Shown: one piece after another, positions 8,647-16,972 of the stretch
Layout: each line of letters opens with the position of its first letter
Position numbering within the stretch: the stretch's first letter is position 1
Source: a virus
DNA length: 64,000 bases
Virus record (IMG/VR): IMGVR_UViG_3300043270_000050
Span: 1 to 64,000 of that record
Reading direction: 5' to 3' (one strand)
Position numbers and translations under genes: made by a program
The notes under the pieces: generated by a model
Told to the model about the DNA's origin: nothing
The model's database searches: none
What the model saw: only the letters and a program-made list of their open reading frames with translations

Positions 8647-8945
8647 ACACCTACGAAATGCCCCGGCTCGTGTGCCCCTCATGCGGCAAGACCTCGACCC
8701 ATGCGACAGACGCCCGGCTCGGTCAGACCGAGCCACCGCAGGACGGCGACTTCACCGTGTGCATCGAGTGCCTTGCATACCTCACCTTTGAAAAAGAGGG
8801 GCTCGTCCTTCTGTCAAAGGAAGCTTTCGAACAGCTCGACGAAGAGGTGCGCATCACGCTCACGCAGACCCGGCGCCATCTTCGCGAGATCAAGGCTCAA
8901 ATGCGGATGAGGGCACACTGGCTCCCCTTGAAGGGGCGCGCGTGA
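8643..8945 (+). CDS. zinc-ribbon protein (100 aa)
   Basis: ATGA overlap with the upstream gene. CPSCG...CIEC. Confidence 0.6.
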   Translation: MNTYEMPRLVCPSCGKTSTHATDARLGQTEPPQDGDFTVCIECLAYLTFEKEGLVLLSKEAFEQLDEEVRITLTQTRRHLREIKAQMRMRAHWLPLKGRA

Positions 8946-9781
8946 AGCCTTTTCTCAAGTGGGTGGGCGGCAAAGGGAGGCTCGTCGACACCCTCCGAGA
9001 GCTCATGCCCTACGAGCTCGACCACCTACAGCTTGTCGAGCCTTTCCTCGGGGGAGGCGCTGTGTTCTTCGCCTTGGAGCCTCGCCGGGCCGCTCTGAGC
9101 GACACGAACGCGGCGCTCATCAACACCTACGAAGTCGTCCGGGATCGAGTCGATGAGCTCGTCGGGCAGCTCAAGGGCCTTGAAGCATCGCACAGCCCTG
9201 AGCTCTACGCGCTCACGCGCGAGAACTTCAACCGGTCGCAGCTCATCCGCTCGGCGGAGCAAGCGGTCAAACAGGCCGCGCGGTTTATCTACCTCAACCG
9301 GACGTGCTTCAACGGCGTGTGGCGCGTCAACGGGGACGGCAAGTTCAACGTGCCGATGGGCGACTATAAAAACCCGACGATCTGTGACGAAGAGACGCTG
9401 TATGCAGCCTCGAAGCTCTTGCGCACGCCGATCCTATTCCCCGGGGGCTTCGATAGGGCGCTTCAACGCAAGTGGTACGGACCTTCGGATTTCATCTACC
9501 TTGATCCGCCCTACGAGCCAATCAACGAGACTTCAAACTTCACGAGCTACGCGCAGAGGGGCTTTTCGCAGGAAGATCAGCGGAGACTCCACGACACGAT
9601 GCGCGAGTTGACGCAGACTGGAGCATTCATTATGCAATCGAATAGTGACACCCCGTTCATTCGGGAGCTCTATAAGGACTTTCGTATCGAAGCGATCTCC
9701 GCTCCTCGATCAGTAGGCGGCGCCCGCTCAGCGAGCGAGGTTGTCATCCTGAACTACGATGAAAACGGGCGGGTGAGATGA
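8942..9781 (+). CDS. dam: N6-adenine DNA methyltransferase, Dam (D12) class
   Basis: KWVGGK, FLGGGAVFF (AdoMet site) and LDPPY catalytic motif. GTG start overlaps the upstream TGA. Confidence 0.9.
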   Translation: MKPFLKWVGGKGRLVDTLRELMPYELDHLQLVEPFLGGGAVFFALEPRRAALSDTNAALINTYEVVRDRVDELVGQLKGLEASHSPELYALTRENFNRSQLIRSAEQAVKQAARFIYLNRTCFNGVWRVNGDGKFNVPMGDYKNPTICDEETLYAASKLLRTPILFPGGFDRALQRKWYGPSDFIYLDPPYEPINETSNFTSYAQRGFSQEDQRRLHDTMRELTQTGAFIMQSNSDTPFIRELYKDFRIEAISAPRSVGGARSASEVVILNYDENGRVR

Positions 9782-10038
9782 ACCAAGCCATCAAACGAAT
9801 TGGTTTTGAAAACGATCCAACGGGGTCGCGGTCGCGGTCGCGTTCGTGGGAGTCGTCGCGGTCGTGGTCGCGGTTGCGGTCGCGGTCGTGGTCGGGGTTG
9901 CGGTCGGGGTCGGGGGCGGGATCGGAGTCGCGGTCGCGGTCGCGGTCGCGGTCGAGGTCGTGGTCGCGGTCGTGGTCGTGGTCGCGGTCGTGGTCGCGGT
10001 CGTGGTCGTGGTCGCGGTCGTGGTCGAGAAGCGTATGA
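9778..10038 (+). CDS. Leader-repeat mini-ORF c: MNQAIKRIGFENDPTG plus SR/SW repeats (86 aa)
   Basis: Its ATG overlaps the dam TGA (ATGA). Its own TGA overlaps the next leader ATG. Confidence 0.45.
   Translation: MNQAIKRIGFENDPTGSRSRSRSWESSRSWSRLRSRSWSGLRSGSGAGSESRSRSRSRSRSWSRSWSWSRSWSRSWSWSRSWSRSV
9822..10026 (+). repeat. Hexamer array 4, (GGTCGN)n
   Basis: About 34 units. The 3' half is a regular GGTCGC/GGTCGT alternation. Confidence 0.9.
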
Positions 10039-10145
10039 ACCAAGCCATCAAACGAATCGGTTTTGAAAACGCGCGGTCGCGGTCGTGGTCGTGGTCGTGG
10101 TCGGGGTCGCGGTCGCGGTCGGGGTCGGGGTCGAAAAGTCTATGA
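10035..10145 (+). CDS. Leader-repeat mini-ORF d: MNQAIKRIGFENARS plus short repeat (36 aa)
   Basis: ATGA overlaps at both ends. Confidence 0.4.
   Translation: MNQAIKRIGFENARSRSWSWSWSGSRSRSGSGSKSL
10073..10133 (+). repeat. Hexamer array 5
   Basis: About 10 GGTCGN units. Confidence 0.9.
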
Positions 10146-10387
10146 ATCAGGCAGTCAAACGGATTGGCCGGGAAAACGCAAGGTCAGGAGCGGGTGCGCG
10201 CACCCCTGCGTTTCAGAAAATCGAGTCACCGTTTTCATGCTCCGGTGTCGGCACGCCTTCAGACCTAACAAGGTGGTCGTGGGCGGGGTCTAGGTTGTGG
10301 CAGAGAACGCGATCGTGGTCGGGGTCGCGGTCGTGGTCGCAGAGGGGTTCATGGCTATGGTCGGAGTCGAGGTCGAGGGGTCTATGA
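10142..10387 (+). CDS. Leader-repeat mini-ORF e, degenerate: MNQAVKRIGRENARS plus unique insert plus decayed repeats (81 aa)
   Basis: ATGA overlaps at both ends. A ~100-bp unique insert with the GGGTGCGCGCACCC palindrome interrupts the array. Confidence 0.35.
   Translation: MNQAVKRIGRENARSGAGARTPAFQKIESPFSCSGVGTPSDLTRWSWAGSRLWQRTRSWSGSRSWSQRGSWLWSESRSRGL
10273..10378 (+). repeat. Hexamer array 6 (degenerate)
   Basis: Recognisable GGTCGN units mixed with diverged hexamers. Confidence 0.7.
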
Positions 10388-10701
10388 CGAATGATGCACT
10401 AATCCGAGCAAGCGCTATCTGCGAGGAGCTCTACATGCGGATGTTCTTCGCCAACATGGGAGGGGATTTTCACAGCTTCATCGAGTGGTGCGGCGTGCTC
10501 CGAGAGCACTTGAACATGGTGCGTGAATCAGGTGCCAACCCGTCGACGCTCCACACGCATTCTGCGCTCGGGGCGCGTGTACCGCCCCATCAGCTCGTCT
10601 ACATGGCAGAGAAGCTCAACTGCATCCTTGCGCCGTTTCTACGCGCTGCGACGCCCGATGAACGCAAGCTGTTTCTCGAGCAACTTCTGGAGGGTTTATG
10701 A
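10384..10701 (+). CDS. hypothetical protein (105 aa)
   Basis: GAGGGG 4 nt before the ATG. ATGA overlaps at both ends. Ordinary globular composition. Confidence 0.6.
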   Translation: MTNDALIRASAICEELYMRMFFANMGGDFHSFIEWCGVLREHLNMVRESGANPSTLHTHSALGARVPPHQLVYMAEKLNCILAPFLRAATPDERKLFLEQLLEGL

Positions 10702-10931
10702 AAGTAGAAGCAGGGACAAACCCGCTCCCCTATGTGCAGGTCGGCATGATCCTGCATCGCGCAAACGTCCGGGAGAGTACCTATGAAGTGATCGCGGTCA
10801 GCTCCGCCGAAGGCGAAGAGCTCCTCGTCACGCTCGAGGCGGAGTACGGTGGAGACCATCGCACCCTGCCCGCCGCCGAGGTGCGCGCCGAGTGGACCCT
10901 CTTTGAGGAATTCGATCCCGATGACGCCTGA
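10698..10931 (+). CDS. hypothetical protein (77 aa)
   Basis: GGAGGG before the ATG. ATGA overlap with the upstream gene. Confidence 0.6.
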   Translation: MKVEAGTNPLPYVQVGMILHRANVRESTYEVIAVSSAEGEELLVTLEAEYGGDHRTLPAAEVRAEWTLFEEFDPDDA

Positions 10932-11292
10932 CTTCAAGCCGAGCGAGCTTCGATTCGCCGAGCCCCTCCCCTTCCCCGACACCTTCGAGCGCGTCGAGGC
11001 CGAGGTCGCGGCCTATCTACTCGTCCGCTACCTCGCCCGCAACGGGGATGGGTGGGGCCCTGCAACGCTGAAAGACATCTTCGAGGACTGCGAAAAATCG
11101 TTCGACGACCCATACCTTCAGCGGCTCATCTTGAATCCCTTCGTGCATCCAAGTTTTCAAGAGCTGCGCCAGCGGGGTTTTTCGTGGGGGCGCGCGCTCG
11201 AGAAAGACAGTGACTTTGGGCAGAACGCCGAGGTCGGCTTCACCGAGCTCGGCTACAGCCGGATCAAAAAGTGGGTGGTGCGCCGTGCTTGA
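10921..11292 (+). CDS. hypothetical protein (123 aa)
   Basis: ATG 10921 overlaps the upstream gene end by 11 nt. I chose it over the track start at 10849. Confidence 0.5.
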   Translation: MTPDFKPSELRFAEPLPFPDTFERVEAEVAAYLLVRYLARNGDGWGPATLKDIFEDCEKSFDDPYLQRLILNPFVHPSFQELRQRGFSWGRALEKDSDFGQNAEVGFTELGYSRIKKWVVRRA

Positions 11293-11461
11293 ACCGTCTT
11301 TCGACCTACACTTTTTCGTCAACAGGGATGGACAGCTCTGCGTGTCGACAACCCTCTCGAACGGTCGAAAGACCCGCGCCGTCGCAAGCCGCAAACTCTA
11401 TGAAGACGCCCAGGCGATTCGAGGCTACTTGCTAGAGCGCGAGAAGGGCTGGCCGCGATAG
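11285..11461 (+). CDS. hypothetical protein (58 aa, GTG start inferred)
   Basis: GTG overlaps the upstream stop by 8 nt. The product looks globular. Confidence 0.35.
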   Translation: MLEPSFDLHFFVNRDGQLCVSTTLSNGRKTRAVASRKLYEDAQAIRGYLLEREKGWPR

Positions 11462-11470
11462 AATGCTCGC

Positions 11471-11770
11471 ATGGTGAAGCGAGCTGTCGTAGGCGTTCTA
11501 CAAAAGTGTTCCCGTTCGGGAGGGGATCTGGTCGTTGGCTACATCGAAGCCGAGACGACCCCTCCCGAGGGGACGCGGACCCTCCCCGATCTGGAGGTCC
11601 TCGACCCCGAGGACGGGTCGAACACGGCCTGGATCTTGGCGTTCCCCGTCCCCGTACCGCTCCTCAGCGAGCAAGACATGACCGACATCCTCGCAGGTGA
11701 AGCGGCCCGGCGCGCGAAGGCCAAGCTCACCGACGCCGACCTCGATGCGCTCGGTCTGACGCGCGATTGA
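11471..11770 (+). CDS. hypothetical protein (99 aa)
   Basis: ATG ORF with a coherent acidic composition. Confidence 0.5.
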   Translation: MVKRAVVGVLQKCSRSGGDLVVGYIEAETTPPEGTRTLPDLEVLDPEDGSNTAWILAFPVPVPLLSEQDMTDILAGEAARRAKAKLTDADLDALGLTRD

Positions 11771-11800
11771 CCGTATACTCCCCTTTTCAGGGAGGTCACT

Positions 11801-12160
11801 GTGTCCGTTCCCGCGCCTAGCATCACGCCGACGCTCGTCCCCGGCAGCACCAACAACCTGCTGTACGCGGGCAACGTCGGCGCGGCCGGCGTGAATACCG
11901 ACTTGAACATCAGCCTGATGGGCTTTCCCGAGCACATCCGGCTCGACCCGCAGTTTCGAGATCAGCTGCTCGTCACGTTCAAATCGCTCGATGCAAACCT
12001 CTCGTTCGCGGGGCCCAACGTGCTCGTCGACGCCGATTTCGTCCCTGTCCCCGGGACCGACCCTCAGCCGAACGAATACGTCCAAATCCAGGTCACTTCC
12101 GACCTCGTGACCCGGCAGTGCATGATTTTGCTCGAGCACCGCCACACCTACACCCGCTGA
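11801..12160 (+). CDS. hypothetical beta-rich protein (119 aa)
   Basis: CAGGGAGG 7 nt before a GTG start. Confidence 0.55.
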   Translation: MSVPAPSITPTLVPGSTNNLLYAGNVGAAGVNTDLNISLMGFPEHIRLDPQFRDQLLVTFKSLDANLSFAGPNVLVDADFVPVPGTDPQPNEYVQIQVTSDLVTRQCMILLEHRHTYTR

Positions 12161-12171
12161 GGAGCGTTTCC

Positions 12172-12393
12172 ATGCCGGCCTGTCGCACCGAGAAAGGAAA
12201 GTTCATCCGGTGCCCGGGGGCGCCGGCTCCCAAGCGCGTGCACCGCAAGCGCCGAGCAAACTGGGAGGGATGCAAGTGCCCCCCCGGTTCGGTGCAGGTT
12301 CCAAACCGCCGCAAAGGCGGGCGAGGGTGGAGCTGCATCGTGAAAACCTCGAAGGGTCCTCGCTTCAAGGCCGCGGTGTGCTCGAAGTCTTGA
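12172..12393 (+). CDS. small highly basic Cys-containing protein (73 aa), family member 1
   Basis: GGAGCG before ATG 12172. K/R-rich with 6 Cys in K/R-x-C contexts (FIRCPG, EGCKCPP, WSCIVK). Confidence 0.55.
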   Translation: MPACRTEKGKFIRCPGAPAPKRVHRKRRANWEGCKCPPGSVQVPNRRKGGRGWSCIVKTSKGPRFKAAVCSKS

Positions 12394-12722
12394 AGCGCTT
12401 GCCGCTCGCGCTGTGGGGCGCGCTTGCCACCGGCCTCGGCGTTGCGTGGCTCTATTTGAAGGGCCGTCGCCTCGAGGCGGAGCTCGCCAAGGCGAAGGTG
12501 AAGCTCGAGCAAGCACGTGCGACGGCCTCCGCCCGTCGGCATCAGGCGAACGCCGCGCACCACTTCAACAAGTCGCTCACCGCCGCCGACCGCGTCACGA
12601 AGCTCGAGGAGACGCGAAAACAGATCGCGCGCGTGTCTTTGGAGGAGCAAGCAGCGCTTTCAAAATTGCCCCCCGACAAGGTGCACAAGGCCTATCTCGA
12701 GCTCGCGAAGAGGAAGCAATGA
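12378..12722 (+). CDS. N-terminally membrane-anchored coiled-coil protein (~114 aa, start uncertain: GTG 12378 or TTG 12390)
   Basis: TM segment LPLALWGALATGLGVAWLYL followed by a charged helix. TTG 12390 forms a TTGA overlap with the upstream stop. Confidence 0.5.
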   Translation: MLEVLKRLPLALWGALATGLGVAWLYLKGRRLEAELAKAKVKLEQARATASARRHQANAAHHFNKSLTAADRVTKLEETRKQIARVSLEEQAALSKLPPDKVHKAYLELAKRKQ

Positions 12723-13114
12723 GGGAGCTCGTCCTCGCCATCCTCGCGCTCGTCCTTTGGCTCGAATCGCTCTCCTACGCGAGCGGGCAGGATAGACCCC
12801 TGCCTGAGGTCATGGTGCATCCGCGCACGGGAGAGGAAGGGATGTGGATCCCGCTCTGGCTCGAGCAACAGCACCTCGTAGACGAGGAGAAGCACGCGCA
12901 GTGCAGGCGAGAGCTCGATGCCCTCGAAGAGCTTCTGCTCGTCCGAGAGGAAGAGGTCGCGGCCCTTCGTGAGGCCTTCAACGAGCAGTCCATTGCAACG
13001 GACGAGGCGTTGAAGATTCCACCCGATCTCCCCGCAAAGACTTGGCCGCTTTGGACCGTGCTCGCAGTCTCCGCGGCATCGCTCGCAGTCGCGGCTATCG
13101 GCCTGGTACGCTGA
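12719..13114 (+). CDS. protein with N-terminal signal/anchor and C-terminal TM (131 aa)
   Basis: ATGA overlap with the upstream gene. LVLAILALVLWL at the N-terminus and WTVLAVSAASLAVAAIGLV at the C-terminus. Confidence 0.6.
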   Translation: MRELVLAILALVLWLESLSYASGQDRPLPEVMVHPRTGEEGMWIPLWLEQQHLVDEEKHAQCRRELDALEELLLVREEEVAALREAFNEQSIATDEALKIPPDLPAKTWPLWTVLAVSAASLAVAAIGLVR

Positions 13115-13124
13115 GACCCCCCGC

Positions 13125-13232
13125 GATCCTTTCGCGTGCAGCCTAGCGACTGCGATACACTTCTCTCGACGACGCACACGCGTCGGAAAGGAGAGGCCTC
13201 GGGATTCGTTCTCGAGACTCCGCGAAAGGATC
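13125..13232 (+). promoter_or_regulatory. Structured leader: 12-bp inverted repeat GATCCTTTCGCG / CGCGAAAGGATC enclosing an inner hairpin, ending 10 nt before ATG 13243
   Basis: Arms at 13125-13136 and 13221-13232 are exact complements. Inner stem is CGACGC/GCGTCG. Confidence 0.35.
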
Positions 13233-13242
13233 AGGTACCACC

Positions 13243-13455
13243 ATGAAGCGACCGCACAACAAGGGCAAAAAGTGCACGAAGCGTCGTCTCGTTCGCGTCA
13301 AGGGCGTCAAGGGCGGCAAGGCCAAGCGTTGCGTCTCGTGGGGCGGCACGAAGAAGGGCGCAAAGCGTCGCTTGAAGGGCCGCAAGAAGTGTCGCTACGG
13401 CGTGAACAAGATCACGAAGAAGTGCCTCAAGCACCCGCGCAAGCGGCAGAGCTGA
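13243..13455 (+). CDS. small highly basic Cys-containing protein (70 aa), family member 2
   Basis: About half the residues are K/R. Repeated K-K-C-x-K/R units (GKKCTKRR, AKRCVSW, RKKCRYG, TKKCLKH). Confidence 0.6.
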   Translation: MKRPHNKGKKCTKRRLVRVKGVKGGKAKRCVSWGGTKKGAKRRLKGRKKCRYGVNKITKKCLKHPRKRQS

Positions 13456-13494
13456 AGAGGGCCTCCAAAACGAAAAACCTGAGGGAGGTCTTCC

Positions 13495-13989
13495 ATGGGA
13501 TTGAAGTGCAAAGAGTGGTACCGGTCCGGTCTAAAAAAGGGCCGATGCAAGCGGTTCAAAGGCAAGCGCCGTCGCTTCGCGCGTGGCTCCAAGGCTTGTC
13601 CGCCGCCGCGCAAGCTCAAGAAAAAGTCGTCGAAAAAGTGCCAGTGGTTCGGACGCATCAAGCTGAAGACCGGCGGCTCGAGGTGGGCCTGCGCGTGCCG
13701 TAGCAGAAGCCCAGCGAAGTGCGCGCCCAAGAGTGCTGCTTGGATGGGCACGCCCGTTGACCGTGCGACCTACATGGCCGCGAAGAAAGCGGCGAAGGCT
13801 GCACGCAAGGCGGCAAAAGCGACGGTTCCGTCTTCTGTGGCTGCTGCGATGCAAGCCTCCATGCAACGAGGTCGATACCCAATCGGGGGGAGCCGTGGAG
13901 ACGCTGCTTCTGTCGCAGCCGCAATGCAGGCAGCCATGCGCAGGGGGTACGACTATCCCATCCCCTCAGCGAAAAGGAGAAAGCCGTGA
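13495..13989 (+). CDS. basic Cys-containing protein with Ala/Met-rich C-terminal half (164 aa), family member 3
   Basis: GAGGGAGG before the ATG. N-terminal half has KGRCKRFKG, SKACPPP, SKKCQWFG and WACACRS. Confidence 0.6.
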   Translation: MGLKCKEWYRSGLKKGRCKRFKGKRRRFARGSKACPPPRKLKKKSSKKCQWFGRIKLKTGGSRWACACRSRSPAKCAPKSAAWMGTPVDRATYMAAKKAAKAARKAAKATVPSSVAAAMQASMQRGRYPIGGSRGDAASVAAAMQAAMRRGYDYPIPSAKRRKP

Positions 13990-14268
13990 CACAGTCCCCT
14001 CCGAAAGCTGATCCAGCTGTAGCCGAGGCGTATCGCAGCGCGGCTGAAAAAGGTCGAGAACACTCAGCGCGCGTGCACGAGTGGGTGCGCCAGCATTTTC
14101 CTGATTCGGAAAAGAGTCGATGAAACGAAAACGCCCGTCGGCGCGCTACATCGCGCACCCGGTCGTACCGCTCCCCCTTGAAGCCGTGACGATGCCCGCT
14201 AAATCCTGTATCGTCCGTGAGAGGAAGCGACCGAGCGATCGGTATCGCAGGTGAAAAAAGGAGCGCAC

Positions 14269-14385
14269 ATGGCGTCGATGAAGGATGGACCGCGCCGAGC
14301 GGATGGGAGCTGTCTCAACGGCAAGGTCAAGCAGGGTCCGCGCAAGGGCAAGTGCCGCATGGCGAAGCGACCGAAGCCGAAGTGA
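14269..14385 (+). CDS. mini basic Cys-containing protein (38 aa), family member 4; below the ORF-track cutoff
   Basis: AAGGAG 6 nt before the ATG. GSCLNGKVK and KGKCRMAKRPKPK. Followed by a strong terminator. Confidence 0.45.
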   Translation: MASMKDGPRRADGSCLNGKVKQGPRKGKCRMAKRPKPK

Positions 14386-14408
14386 AAGCTTCTCGTGACC
14401 GCGGCTCG

Positions 14409-14446
14409 AAAAAAGGCCCCTTCTCCGGGGCCTTTTTCTTTTTTCA
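14409..14446. terminator. Bidirectional rho-independent terminator AAAAAAGGCCCC-TTCTCC-GGGGCCTTTTTCTTTTTT
   Basis: GGCCCC/GGGGCC stem flanked by an A-run and a T-run, at the convergence of the plus and minus gene blocks. Confidence 0.8.
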
Positions 14447-14626
14447 AGTCGCTGCCGGAGGCGGAGGCGGGATCGAAAACTTGCTCGTATCCTCGACGCG
14501 CTCGGCAGGCGGGATGATGCTGCGCGCGGTCTCTCGGTTTTCGGAGCTCGCCCGCTTGAAGCGGTCCATCGCCTCGTTGAGCTTGTTTTGCGCGACCTCG
14601 GCCTCGGCCTTCTTTTTCTTTCTCAT
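14444..14626 (-). CDS. hypothetical protein (60 aa), Lys-rich N-terminus and Pro-rich C-terminus
   Basis: ATGA overlap with the upstream (minus-strand) gene. Ends at the terminator. Confidence 0.45.
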   Translation of the reverse strand: MRKKKKAEAEVAQNKLNEAMDRFKRASSENRETARSIIPPAERVEDTSKFSIPPPPPAAT

Positions 14627-14844
14627 CGCTTCCCCTGCTGTCGCATCACTTCCGTGTTGCGCTCGACCGCGGCGCCGAGCTCGGTCGCGACGGATGCGAA
14701 CTTCAGAGCGTTTTCGACCCGTTTTTCTTGGATGTCGTCGAGCTTTCGCTGAAGTCGGATGATCCAGTAGCCCATCCCGACGATCACCGCGCCGGGGAGG
14801 CCGGTCGACAAGAGCTCGGTGGCGAGAGAGCTTGCAGGGTCCAC
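14623..14844 (-). CDS. small single-TM protein (73 aa, GTG start)
   Basis: TM segment GLPGAVIVGMGYWII followed by a charged helix. Confidence 0.45.
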   Translation of the reverse strand: MDPASSLATELLSTGLPGAVIVGMGYWIIRLQRKLDDIQEKRVENALKFASVATELGAAVERNTEVMRQQGKR

Positions 14845-14868
14845 CGCTCGGATGATACCACCGAACCC

Positions 14869-15009
14869 ATGGCAGCGAAAAAGAGCGGGCTCCCCAAGGG
14901 TGCGGTCAAGTGCAAGCGGGTCAAGATGCCGAACAGCGATAAAAAGCGCCGGATGTGCTGGAACAAGGACGGCAAGCTCGTGAAGACGAGCGTCGGTCGA
15001 AAAAAGTGA
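14869..15009 (+). CDS. mini basic Cys-containing protein (46 aa), family member 5
   Basis: GAVKCKRVKM and KRRMCWNKDGK match the family pattern. It fills the gap between two minus-strand genes. No clear SD. Confidence 0.35.
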   Translation: MAAKKSGLPKGAVKCKRVKMPNSDKKRRMCWNKDGKLVKTSVGRKK

Positions 15010-15018
15010 GCTGACGTC

Positions 15019-15789
15019 TCAACGCCACGCGCCTCCTCGACGACGCCTTCGTCGAACGAGCGCGAAGTCGAGCCCGCTCACCCCCGGGTTTGCAACGACG
15101 ACCGTCGGCCCGCGTGAGCTCATGAATAGCATCAGAAGGACGAGCGCGCCCGCGCCGCCGGCGATCCACAAAAGTGGACTTCCGCCGCCCGAGCCCCTCC
15201 CCCCGCCTTCATCCTCGATGCGTCCCGCCGCCTCGGATAACCCTGTCGCTACCTTCCCCGGACACGTCTTCTCGGCGATCGCGATCCAACCGAGAAGCGC
15301 GTCCCAGAAAATCTTGGCGGTTCCAACTTCGGTCGCGGTCGGCGACGGGGTTATCCCGACGTACGAGCTTGCTCGTGCAGAGACACGTCCGGTCTTCGCA
15401 TAGAACGCGCCGAACCGGTCCCGGTCGTTGCGGTACTCGGCGATGTAGGGCCCTTGCACAAACGCCGGACACTGCGCAGCGATGCGGTCGTTCAGCTTGA
15501 GCCACAGCTGATGCGTGGCTTCCATGCGCTGGTCGAACTTCGCCCCGTTCTCCCACCCCTCCGCGAAGGTCTCGTCGCCGGCGAACAGACCCAACACCGA
15601 GCTCACCCCGAGTCCGACAGCGATAGACTTCAACACCGCAGGCTTAGACAATGCAGCGACCGCGGCTCGCCCTGCAGCGAGTGCAATGGGTGCGACCGCC
15701 GGCACAAACCCGAGCCCCGCGAACGGCGCGTCGGCGTGCCACACACCACTCGGTGAAGTCCAAGAGCCTGCGAGGCGCGAGAGGGTCAT
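15019..15789 (-). CDS. multi-TM membrane protein (256 aa)
   Basis: I chose ATG 15789 (ATGA overlap with the upstream gene) over the track start at 16206, whose N-terminal extension is Arg/Pro-rich noise. Several Gly/Ala-rich TM segments. Confidence 0.6.
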   Translation of the reverse strand: MTLSRLAGSWTSPSGVWHADAPFAGLGFVPAVAPIALAAGRAAVAALSKPAVLKSIAVGLGVSSVLGLFAGDETFAEGWENGAKFDQRMEATHQLWLKLNDRIAAQCPAFVQGPYIAEYRNDRDRFGAFYAKTGRVSARASSYVGITPSPTATEVGTAKIFWDALLGWIAIAEKTCPGKVATGLSEAAGRIEDEGGGRGSGGGSPLLWIAGGAGALVLLMLFMSSRGPTVVVANPGVSGLDFALVRRRRRRGGAWR

Positions 15790-16181
15790 GATCCGTGCTT
15801 CTCCGGGTCGTACATCGTGTTGGTGTCGTCTGGTTCGGAGGGCTTGGGGGGCGAGATAGTCGGGCGGTCGTCGCTCCCCTCGTCCTCGTCGAGGTCCGGG
15901 GGGATGACGGGCGGAGGCCCTTGCGGATCCGTCAGACGCATCAGCATCCACTTGCCGATGGCGTAGCCCGGCGCGCTCGCGGCGAGGGCCGCCTTGAACC
16001 CCGCGTAGTAGAGGCCCGTGGTGATCAACGCTACCGTCCACAGCGTCATGCACACGTCGCAGACCCAAGGCTTCTTCCCTGCGAGGACCCACCGATGAAT
16101 GACCGGCGCAAAGCGCAGGATGCACGTCAGCGTCGCGCTCGAGAGGCCCACCCACACCGCAGTCAGAAGGATTTCGGTCAT
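15786..16181 (-). CDS. three-TM membrane protein with acidic/Pro-rich tail (131 aa)
   Basis: ATG 16181 forms an ATGA overlap with the upstream gene. MTEILLTAVWVGLSS..., WVCDVCMTLWTVALITTGLYY. Confidence 0.6.
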   Translation of the reverse strand: MTEILLTAVWVGLSSATLTCILRFAPVIHRWVLAGKKPWVCDVCMTLWTVALITTGLYYAGFKAALAASAPGYAIGKWMLMRLTDPQGPPPVIPPDLDEDEGSDDRPTISPPKPSEPDDTNTMYDPEKHGS

Positions 16182-16957
16182 GATGCATCCAGCGCGTATA
16201 GGCCAAGAATCACGAGCCCTGCGAGCCACCCCACAGACGGCTTCGGCTTCGAGGAGAGCAGGAGCTCGAGCTGCCCGCCATTCGTCGCGTTGCTCCCGCG
16301 CGCTGCGGAGGTCTTTGCCGTACGGAGCTCGCCGAGCAAAATGTTGAGGTCGAGGTTTGCGGGTATCTGCATCCGATCAAAGGAGATTACGGTGCCCGTT
16401 GAAGGCAGGTTCGCGGAGTCCTGCGCAGAGGGGGCGCCCCCTGAGAGAAGGGGCCCTATCCCGTCCATCGCGCGCTTGAAGGGCGTGTCGTTGACGACCT
16501 GGGCCTGATAGACCTTGCGCGGCGCATCGAAGACCCATGACCAAATCAAGGAGTAGACCGCCACCTTTGATTGCACCGTGCGCACCCCCTGTGCGCTCAG
16601 CGCGCCCGAGAGCGCGGAGATCATGCGCCCTGGGTCCCACGGCCCTGCGCTCGTCACGTAGTTGCGCACAGTGAGCTCGGGCGTCTCGCCGGGCTTCGCG
16701 TTGCGGACGAGGGTGGGTGAGATGGAGCCGAGCCCTCCCTGCGCGCACGCCGTGCACCCACAGCCACGCCCGCACCCGCCCTCGAGGAGCGTCTGCTGCC
16801 ACACGTGCGCGGGCAATCCCGCCCGGCGCTGCATGGCGGCGACCGTCGCAGGGCGAAGGCCGATGGGCCCGCCGAGACTTCGGCCGCCGAACGGCGCGCG
16901 CCCCGCGGGAGTCGTTGCCGTGGAGGTCCACCGCGTTGCGTTCAAGTCCCTCAGCAC
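16178..16957 (-). CDS. hypothetical protein with C-terminal TM (259 aa)
   Basis: Cys cluster GGCGRGCGCTAC. C-terminal WLAGLVILGLYAL. Confidence 0.55.
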   Translation of the reverse strand: MLRDLNATRWTSTATTPAGRAPFGGRSLGGPIGLRPATVAAMQRRAGLPAHVWQQTLLEGGCGRGCGCTACAQGGLGSISPTLVRNAKPGETPELTVRNYVTSAGPWDPGRMISALSGALSAQGVRTVQSKVAVYSLIWSWVFDAPRKVYQAQVVNDTPFKRAMDGIGPLLSGGAPSAQDSANLPSTGTVISFDRMQIPANLDLNILLGELRTAKTSAARGSNATNGGQLELLLSSKPKPSVGWLAGLVILGLYALDAS

Positions 16958-16972
16958 GGCAAGACCTTCCTT

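Noticed and set aside
11498-12145. 215-aa minus-strand ORF
   Set aside because: It overlaps two plus-strand genes that have SDs and fit the surrounding plus-strand operon. Its composition is Arg/Gly/Asp-rich.
13986-14123. 45-aa ORF with a GTGA overlap to the 164-aa basic protein
   Set aside because: It is plausible by its coupling geometry, but it is short, has no motif and is not basic like its neighbours, so the evidence is insufficient to list it as a feature.
15790-16206. N-terminal 139-aa extension of track ORF 15019-16206
   Set aside because: The extension is Arg/Pro/Gly-rich and overlaps the three-TM gene 15786-16181. ATG 15789 gives an ATGA junction and a sensible membrane protein.
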